From Felis catus (lineage: Eukaryota), in NCBI RefSeq assembly GCF_018350175.1, contig NC_058373.1, positions 99,512,001-99,576,000 of the forward strand: 64,000 bases of DNA. The letters run 5' to 3'. Under the pieces are notes generated by a model. It did no database searches. It worked only from the letters and a program-made list of their open reading frames with translations, and was not told the DNA's origin. Both the position numbers and the translations under genes were made by a program. This document shows, piece after piece, positions 62,781 through 64,000 of the stretch. Every line of letters begins with the position of its first letter. Within the stretch, counting starts at the first letter, position 1.

Positions 62781-62799
62781 AAAAAAAAAAATTAAAAAA
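62574..62799 (+). mobile_element. CanSINE
   Basis: TSD AAAAAAGATATTATT. Confidence 0.9.
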
Positions 62800-64000
62800 G
62801 ATATTATTTAGAAACACTAAAGAATACTGAAATAAATGGAGAGATGTAAGGATACTTAAAAAGTAATTAACTAATTTAATTAATTAATGAAACACAAGAA
62901 GCAAGAGCAAATCCAGCCCAAATCCCATGCCTCAAGATCCAGCTAGGAGCAGAGTGTGTCTGAAATTCTTTCAAAGTCCCAGTTCAGGGCCTGGACTCAG
63001 CTCCAGATGCCCCTTGACCCTTGGGCCTCCCCTGCCTAGGACAGTAATTTGTGTTCCCAGCCTCCCGGTTGGAGACCCTTTGTGTAGCAGGCTCCACGTG
63101 GAGTCTCATAATTCACAGAGCCCTCCTGGACACGCGTGAATAGTTGGTCACATTCTCCACATTTTTATGCAGATGACATTGCACAGGGTGGAAATTGGGG
63201 GCTGGGGCAGCTGATTAGGAAATCACCAGAGGCAGCTCAAGAAAAAAACAAAACAAACAAAAAAAAAACATCCCTAAGAGACACCACAGGAAACCAGCAT
63301 AAACTCACATGCCTTGGGGTTTGCTCCTTCTGCACTGGGTTGTGAGCCTCAGGCCTGCGGCCAGTGTCCTTTTCTCCAGCTCCTATCTCCCCCAACCAGC
63401 TGCTATTTCCCCTTACTCCCTTTCCTCCCACCCAAGGCACAGGAGGAAACTCTCATTCCATTTAGAGAACTCCTAGTGCTTCCTGCGGCCAGTGATGATT
63501 CATTTTTATTCCCCTGAATCTTCCCCATGGCAGAGTATTGTTTTCCATATCCTTCCCACCCCCTACCCCCTCCAGGAAAGAACAAAAGGCAACAGTAGGT
63601 CTTCTGGCTGGAGTCTATGCTAGATAGACCATGACATCCCATACCTGGCTTGGGCCAAGGGTTCTTCCAGCCCCCTTAGATTTCACAGAGCATTTTGAGA
63701 TTAAACTCTCAACAGTGGGATACATTTGCTTTCCGGCTGAGACTCTGTATTATATGATTCATCTGTTCCCTAATATTTCCAGTCATAGTCATGAAATCTG
63801 GCCTCTACCCCTGCTGCAAACCCTTGTGTTTATAAGGAGTAACCTAAGTAACCTACCACATTTTCAGAGTTGAAATCGTGCTTCCTGCCCCATGAGTTTG
63901 TAAACTCAGCAAGACAGACTGTTGCCGATCAACCGTGCTTGAAAAGTTGGTACAGTTGCACTAAGTGCTAAATAAGGCAGGTGTGAGTGAGAACTTGATC

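Noticed and set aside
3287..62830. Dozens of 60-140 aa ORFs with motifs like [18 protein letters not shown] or ERERERE
   Set aside because: They are translations of CanSINE bodies and (CT)n/(GA)n tracts, not genes.
1..64000. tRNA genes or CRISPR-like arrays
   Set aside because: All tRNA-like A/B-box sequences are SINE heads; no repeat-spacer array is present and the DNA is mammalian.

Overview
Mammalian genomic DNA, almost certainly from a felid: it carries about 53 tRNA-derived CanSINE/SINEC copies, including the young feline type GGGGCGCCTGGGTGGCGCAGTCGGTTAAGCGTCCGACTTCAGCCAGGTCACG, plus feline/carnivore L1s. The window is repeat-dominated intronic or intergenic sequence. I cannot recognise any host protein-coding exon, and nearly all listed ORFs are SINE or L1 artefacts. 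Well-supported content: a young 5'-inverted (twin-primed) L1 (18258-19756), a decayed near-full-length L1 peppered with 7 SINEs (about 33830-42225), several L1 3' fragments, ancient MaLR LTRs, hAT MITEs (MER58B, MER63, MER5, MER91-like), MIR/L2 relics, microsatellites and a U6 snRNA pseudogene split by a SINE. I found no convincing new biological system. The most interesting signals are retrotransposition and repair scars: a probable L1 3' transduction (48615-49593), an 84-bp direct repeat bracketing a 10.9-kb L1 block, a 35-bp L1 ORF1 patch inside another L1's 3' UTR, and repeated SINE insertion into the same target. There are also weak candidates for a + strand promoter/first exon (about 53780-53981), a 45-nt minus-strand exon (7001-7045) and an unexplained 246-codon ORF. 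Repeat family names come from recalled consensus sequences, not a database search. Boundaries and identity counts were done by hand and are approximate.
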